Source: a virus (taxonomy: Duplodnaviria > Caudoviricetes). Taken from it: a DNA stretch of 58,173 nucleotides. The DNA is taken from the IMG/VR virus record IMGVR_UViG_3300036853_000164, positions 1 to 58,173 of that record. One strand, written 5' to 3'. The translations under genes and the position numbers were made by a program. This document shows, piece by piece, positions 54,710-58,173 of the stretch. The notes under the pieces are model-generated. The model worked only from the letters and a program-made list of their open reading frames with translations, had not been told where the DNA came from and ran no database searches. Numbering within the stretch: the stretch's first letter is position 1; each line of letters opens with the position of its first letter.

Positions 54710-56422
54710 CTGTCTCTCCTCGACGACCTGCTCGGCCAGGTCCGCACGCCCAGCCCCGAGTTCGAGGCGCTCCTGCGCAAGGTGGCGCGGGAGAACCCGG
54801 AGGCCGCACGGGAGGCGGCAGAGGCCGCGTGGTCGGCCAATCCTGGCCCGCAGTCCGACGCCTATCACAGCCTCGCGGACGAGACCTTCTACGGCGGCCA
54901 AGCCGGCGGCGGCAAAACCGATCTCATCATCGGCTTGGCCATCACCGCGCATCGCCGCTCGCTCATCCTGCGCCGCATCAACAAGGATGCGGTCAAGCTG
55001 GTCGAGCGCGCCGAGGAGATCATCGGCCATCGTAACGGCTACAACGGCCAGCTGCAGCGGTGGAAGCTCGGCAAGCGCCTGATCGAGTTCGGCGGCTGCG
55101 AGCAGGAGGGGGACAAGCAGCGCTACAAGGGCGATCCGCATGACCTGATCGCCTTCGACGAGGGCTGTGATTTCCTGGAGGCTCAGTTCAGGTTCATCAT
55201 CGGCTGGAACCGGGCGGCCGACCCCGGCCAGCGCTGCCGGGTGCTGGTGACGTCCAACCCGCCGACCACGGCCGCCGGCCTGTGGGTCATCAAATACTGG
55301 GGCGCATGGCTCGACCCGAACCACCCGAATCCGGCGTTGCCGGGCGAGTTGCGCTGGTACACGACGGTCAACGGCGTCGATACCGAGGTGGACGGGGCCG
55401 GGCCCCATGTGATTGAGGGCGAGCGCGAGCCGGTGATGGCGCGTTCGCGCACCTACATACCGGCGGCACTCTCGGACAACCCCGATCTCGCGGCGACGAA
55501 TTACGGCTCGGTGCTCGCGGCCCTGCCCGACGAGCTCCGCCGCGCCTACCGCGATGGTGACTGGTCCGTCGGCCAGCGCGACGACGATTTTCAGGTAATT
55601 CCCACCGCCTGGATCGAGGCCGCTATGCAGCGGTGGACCGACAAAGTGCCGCGCACCGGAATGACCGCGATGGCGGTCGACGTGGCGCCAGGCGGCGGCG
55701 ACCAGCGGGTGATCTGCTGGCGATACGATGGATGGTACGCGCCGTTCGTGGCGGAACGGGTGGTCGACAAGACGGGCCGGCTCACGGCCTCTGAGGTGGT
55801 CAAGCACCGCCGCAATCATTGCCCTGTCGTGGTCGATCTCGGTGGCGGTTGGGGCGGCGACGCGCTGATCGCCATGAAGGACAACGGCATCGAGGTGGTG
55901 CCGTTCAATGGCGTGCAGGTCTCGCATGGGCGCACGCGAGACGGCAAGATCAAGTTCCGGAACAAGCGAGCCGAGGCAACTTGGAAATTCCGCGAGGCGC
56001 TGGACCCTTCCCAAGAGGGCGGCTCAATCGTGGCGCTGCCGCCCGATACCGAGCTCAAGGCGGACTTGGCCTCGTACCGTTGGGAAAACACCCTCAACGG
56101 CATCCTGATCGAGGACAAGGAGAAGATGCGGGAGCGGCTGGGCCGGTCTCCCGACAAAGGGGATGCCGCGATCATGTGCCTCTCGGAAGGCGCTCGTGCG
56201 GTGGAACGGATGGGCCGCGCCGGCCGCAATGCCATGCCGATCAAGGCGAATATCGGCGGCCGGCAATTGGCGACGGTGAGGCGGTTCGTGGCTATCGCGC
56301 TGGAATGGCTCAGGGGGCCTGCGGCGTGGCGCCGGGTGGAGGTGCTGCTTGCGCGGGATCAGGTCGACGCCGTGCGCCGGGTGAACCTCATGCTGCGGAG
56401 CGCTGGTTATGACGTCTGCTGA
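54710..56422 (+). CDS. terL: Terminase large subunit (probable CTG start)
   Basis: 'PGPQ', Walker A 'YGGQAGGGKT', Walker B 'IAFDE', 'TSNP', nuclease 'AVDVA.GG.D' and 'RSPDKGDA'. Confidence 0.92.
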   Translation: MSLLDDLLGQVRTPSPEFEALLRKVARENPEAAREAAEAAWSANPGPQSDAYHSLADETFYGGQAGGGKTDLIIGLAITAHRRSLILRRINKDAVKLVERAEEIIGHRNGYNGQLQRWKLGKRLIEFGGCEQEGDKQRYKGDPHDLIAFDEGCDFLEAQFRFIIGWNRAADPGQRCRVLVTSNPPTTAAGLWVIKYWGAWLDPNHPNPALPGELRWYTTVNGVDTEVDGAGPHVIEGEREPVMARSRTYIPAALSDNPDLAATNYGSVLAALPDELRRAYRDGDWSVGQRDDDFQVIPTAWIEAAMQRWTDKVPRTGMTAMAVDVAPGGGDQRVICWRYDGWYAPFVAERVVDKTGRLTASEVVKHRRNHCPVVVDLGGGWGGDALIAMKDNGIEVVPFNGVQVSHGRTRDGKIKFRNKRAEATWKFREALDPSQEGGSIVALPPDTELKADLASYRWENTLNGILIEDKEKMRERLGRSPDKGDAAIMCLSEGARAVERMGRAGRNAMPIKANIGGRQLATVRRFVAIALEWLRGPAAWRRVEVLLARDQVDAVRRVNLMLRSAGYDVC

Positions 56423-56597
56423 CGACAGGCCGATGCGCTTGAGTGCTCGCGGCGTGGTGGTGGCGCAGCTTGCGACGTTCACCCCCGAGAGGCCGGTGGC
56501 AGACCTTCTGAAGGCGGCTGACGCTTTGCTTCGGGACCTGCAGGCGCATGGATACTTGGCCGATGAAGCGCGACCGCCCCTTCATCCAGGCCGGTGA
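56409..56597 (+). CDS. Hypothetical protein
   Basis: 62 aa in the operon. Confidence 0.5.
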   Translation: MTSADDRPMRLSARGVVVAQLATFTPERPVADLLKAADALLRDLQAHGYLADEARPPLHPGR

Positions 56598-56793
56598 CCC
56601 GCACCGGCCCTATAGCGAAATCCTGGCCGAGCGCCGCATCACCGATCCCGCGGCCGTCGTCCGGGGCCAAATCGCCTTGCTCGAAGCTGAGGCCACAGCG
56701 CACGCCGACCCCGCCGAGCGCAAGCGCCTGCAATGCGAGGCGGAGGAGTTGCGTTGCCAGCTCGAGCACCGGCCGCCTCCGAGGGAGTTCTGA
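56563..56793 (+). CDS. Hypothetical protein
   Basis: Helical, in the operon. Confidence 0.5.
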   Translation: MKRDRPFIQAGDPHRPYSEILAERRITDPAAVVRGQIALLEAEATAHADPAERKRLQCEAEELRCQLEHRPPPREF

Positions 56794-56795
56794 CG

Positions 56796-56954
56796 ATGGA
56801 CATGGATGTGATTGGCGGGATCGCCCTCATCATCGGACTTTTGTTGTTTGCCCTTTGCTGTGGCAATTTCGCAACGTGCGAGCCCTTGCTTCACAGGCCC
56901 GGCTCCCGTCCCGGCGCGGGCTTCCGAAGCTGGTGGCGCAAAGAGGATCGGTGA
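56796..56954 (+). CDS. Small membrane protein
   Basis: MDMDVIGGIALIIGLLLFALCC...; GGGAG RBS. Confidence 0.5.
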   Translation: MDMDVIGGIALIIGLLLFALCCGNFATCEPLLHRPGSRPGAGFRSWWRKEDR

Positions 56955-57184
56955 TGACCAATATCTTCAAAGGCCCCGCGATGCCGGCCATCCCGGAGCC
57001 GAAGCCGCCCCCGCCGATCCCGGACATCAATTCGCCAGCAAACCTGGCGGCGCAGCGCCTTGCCACAGCCAAGGCGAATTCGGCCGGGCGCACGTCGACA
57101 CAGCTCACGTCGTCGCCTGGGGCCGGGACGCTGGCGGGCTCCGCAATGGGCGGCGCCTATACGGGGACGAAGGCGGGAGGGTGA
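56954..57184 (+). CDS. Small Pro-rich pre-portal virion protein (T7 gp7.3-position-like)
   Basis: 'IFKGP..P..PPPP.PD...GR.ST.LT' pattern. Confidence 0.65.
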   Translation: MTNIFKGPAMPAIPEPKPPPPIPDINSPANLAAQRLATAKANSAGRTSTQLTSSPGAGTLAGSAMGGAYTGTKAGG

Positions 57185-57185
57185 G

Positions 57186-57701
57186 GTGGCGAACGTAAAT
57201 GACTACGATCCAGGCGTGGACGGCCTGATCCCCAGCCGCCAGTCCATGGCCGCAAAGTCAAAGTTGAAGGTCATTCAGTCTGCGGCCGAGGAGCCGCTGC
57301 TCGCCGCGCTGCTGGCACGCCTGCCGGGCCCCGGTCAGCCGTTCCCCGCGGACAAGCGCGCGAATTGGCTCCGCATGTGGGAGATGGCGTTGGATGATCT
57401 TTATGGCGTGACGGACGAACTCTTCTATCCGCCTGCCGACGCGCCGAAACAGGATGGCTCGCCGGGCACCTTCGGTCCCGGAGTTACGATCCCGATGGCC
57501 AAGCCACAGCCCGCGCTCCCCTTCTACATCGACCCCGCCGGCTATGCCCGCCGCTCCAATGGCGCCCCCATCAATCCGCAGGATGCCGCGGGCGCCACCA
57601 TCTACGACCAGCGAGGTGAGGCTGGCGACCTCCGTGCCATCATCTGGGCCGACGGCCGCACCGGCGTCGCCGGCCTGCAGCTCGATATCGCCGCGGCATG
57701 A
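57186..57701 (+). CDS. Hypothetical protein
   Basis: GTG start after GGAGG; 'L..LP.PG..F....R..WL'. Confidence 0.65.
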   Translation: MANVNDYDPGVDGLIPSRQSMAAKSKLKVIQSAAEEPLLAALLARLPGPGQPFPADKRANWLRMWEMALDDLYGVTDELFYPPADAPKQDGSPGTFGPGVTIPMAKPQPALPFYIDPAGYARRSNGAPINPQDAAGATIYDQRGEAGDLRAIIWADGRTGVAGLQLDIAAA

Positions 57702-58039
57702 CCTGGAAATCTTGGTCTTTGCGCGATGTGCGCTGGACTGCAAGAGGAGAACCCATGGGGCACAAGCTTCTGATTGAGCCGCCGTTCGTGCTGATGAGGT
57801 ACAACAACGACCAGGAGACGCGCGGCCCTGGCGGTCTCATTCCGCCTTGGGCAGAGCCGAAGTTATTCGTGCTTACCGGCAATGAGGAGCATGATTGCGT
57901 CCAGGTGCATCCTATCGCATGGGTGGTCGCAAAGACGCTTGCGCCCGAGGCCATGGCGCGTCTCTCCCAGCAACTCCGCGATGCCCGAGCCGCTGATGTT
58001 GGCGCCAAGCACCGCGCTGTGACTCCCGCGGCGGCATGA
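57698..58039 (+). CDS. Hypothetical protein
   Basis: 113 aa, ATGA overlap. Confidence 0.55.
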   Translation: MTWKSWSLRDVRWTARGEPMGHKLLIEPPFVLMRYNNDQETRGPGGLIPPWAEPKLFVLTGNEEHDCVQVHPIAWVVAKTLAPEAMARLSQQLRDARAADVGAKHRAVTPAAA

Positions 58040-58047
58040 TCTCGTGC

Positions 58048-58173
58048 CCACAATAGGAATAGCTCTAATTCTACTCGCGCTTGCACTCGTCTTGAGAAAT
58101 CAAGCGGCCGAGTTTGAAGGGCCTATTCCCTATTGGTGGCGGCGAAGTCGGCAATAAGACCCGATGCGTGAGC
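58048..58173 (+). repeat. Terminal direct repeat / circular overlap, right copy
   Basis: Identical to 14-139. Confidence 0.95.

Larger units (their letters stand above)
1..58173. mobile_element. Complete temperate podovirus-type phage genome (T7-supergroup/BPP-1-like virion genes, probable alphaproteobacterial host)
   Basis: Full set of packaging, head, tail, lysis, lysogeny and replication modules; terminal overlap; GcrA homologue; no host housekeeping genes. Confidence 0.93.

Noticed and set aside
1-58173. Assignment to the Autographiviridae (T7-like with own RNA polymerase)
   Set aside because: No single-subunit RNA polymerase or DNA polymerase is visible; only the virion module is T7-like

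Overview
The window is an apparently complete, circularly permuted temperate podophage genome of about 58.0 kb: bases 14-139 are repeated exactly at 58048-58173. The virion module follows the T7-supergroup/BPP-1-like order: portal, scaffold, major capsid, tail tubular A/B, three ejection proteins, tail fibre. I see no phage RNA or DNA polymerase. It carries a CI/Cro switch with four readable operators, an integrase-excisionase pair with a candidate attP, a second Cre-like recombinase, a replication initiator, a NusG-like antiterminator and a GcrA homologue, which points to an alphaproteobacterial host. The most unusual features are: (1) a cassette between the small and large terminase genes encoding tail-fibre/tailspike-like, Cys-rich proteins with N-terminal secretion signals, one of which retains an S74 intramolecular chaperone; (2) a TPR-GT9-FkbM plus GT4 glycosylation module directly behind a Ser/Thr-rich capsid-associated protein; (3) a signal-less HiPIP-like Fe-S mini-protein in the head-tail region; (4) a structured capsid leader with a triplicated internal-loop motif; (5) AUU/CUG start codons, repeated gene-boundary linkers and insertion scars. 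All family assignments come from motif recognition by eye and synteny, not from database searches.
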